The translations under genes and the position numbers were made by a program. Under the pieces are notes generated by a model, which saw nothing but the letters and a program-made list of their open reading frames with translations, ran no database searches and was not told the DNA's origin. From contig JBIQKP010000020.1 of assembly GCA_044506405.1 (NCBI GenBank), forward strand, positions 6,528 to 30,527: DNA of 24,000 nucleotides, written 5' to 3'. Origin of the DNA: Lysobacterales bacterium. Its GTDB lineage: Bacteria > Pseudomonadota > Gammaproteobacteria > Steroidobacterales > Steroidobacteraceae. Positions 23,962-24,000 of this stretch are shown piece after piece (the stretch's first letter is position 1; every line of letters begins with the position of its first letter).

Positions 23962-24000
23962 ATGAGAGTGCTACTGAGCGCGGCCGCTATAACGCTGTTC
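23962..24000 (+). CDS. 5' end of an unidentified gene running off the window (possible signal peptide)
   Basis: GGAGG (23950-23954) lies 7 nt upstream of the ATG at 23962. The translation is MRVLLSAAAITLF... An in-frame ATG at 23884 with GGAGA 8 nt upstream is an alternative start. Only 13 codons are visible. Confidence 0.3.
   Translation, partial: MRVLLSAAAITLF

Noticed and set aside
1-24000. Whether the window is a genomic island, prophage or defence island hiding a novel system.
   Set aside because: There is no integrase, transposase, tRNA, phage or known defence domain (nuclease/ATPase/TIR/etc.). Composition looks uniform by eye. The gene content is respiration, osmoprotection and housekeeping enzymes. 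The only stand-alone nuclease is a standard Pol I-type 5'-3' exonuclease.

Overview
This is a GC-rich (by eye about 60-65 % G+C) bacterial chromosomal segment. It holds about 22 protein-coding genes. I see no rRNA, tRNA, CRISPR array, integrase or transposase.

Gene content, left to right:
- The 3' majority of a large secreted S8 (subtilisin-like) peptidase, followed by the only textbook rho-independent terminator in the window.
- A secreted NTF2/SnoaL-fold protein.
- A minus-strand trio (FMN-dependent alpha-hydroxy-acid dehydrogenase, Cys-rich lipoprotein, 4-TM membrane protein), divergent from a DeoR-family regulator.
- Small PGPGW-like and DUF1428-like proteins, then an SDR oxidoreductase.
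- A five-gene, translationally coupled caa3-like cytochrome c oxidase operon: dihaem cytochrome c, lipoprotein cytochrome c, subunit II-cytochrome c fusion, subunit I-III fusion, small membrane protein.
- An MscS-type channel, azurin, otsBA (trehalose synthesis) and a CBS-pair protein.
- A secreted protein with a jelly-roll-like N-terminal domain and a TolB-like beta-propeller.
- Periplasmic trehalase, an SMR/DMT-like 4-TM protein, a stand-alone 5'-3' exonuclease, and the first codons of one more gene.

This reads as core respiration, osmoadaptation and metabolism rather than an accessory island. I do not find a convincing novel multi-gene (e.g. defence) system.

The most striking unexplained signal is non-coding. 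Five copies (plus one remnant) of a 105-130 bp palindromic element sit at gene 3' ends. Their arms are built from tandem CTCYGCGN octamers. A second, unrelated ~113 bp inverted-repeat element fills the azurin/otsA gap.

Many long ORFs in the six-frame track are antisense or off-frame artefacts of the high GC content and are not called.
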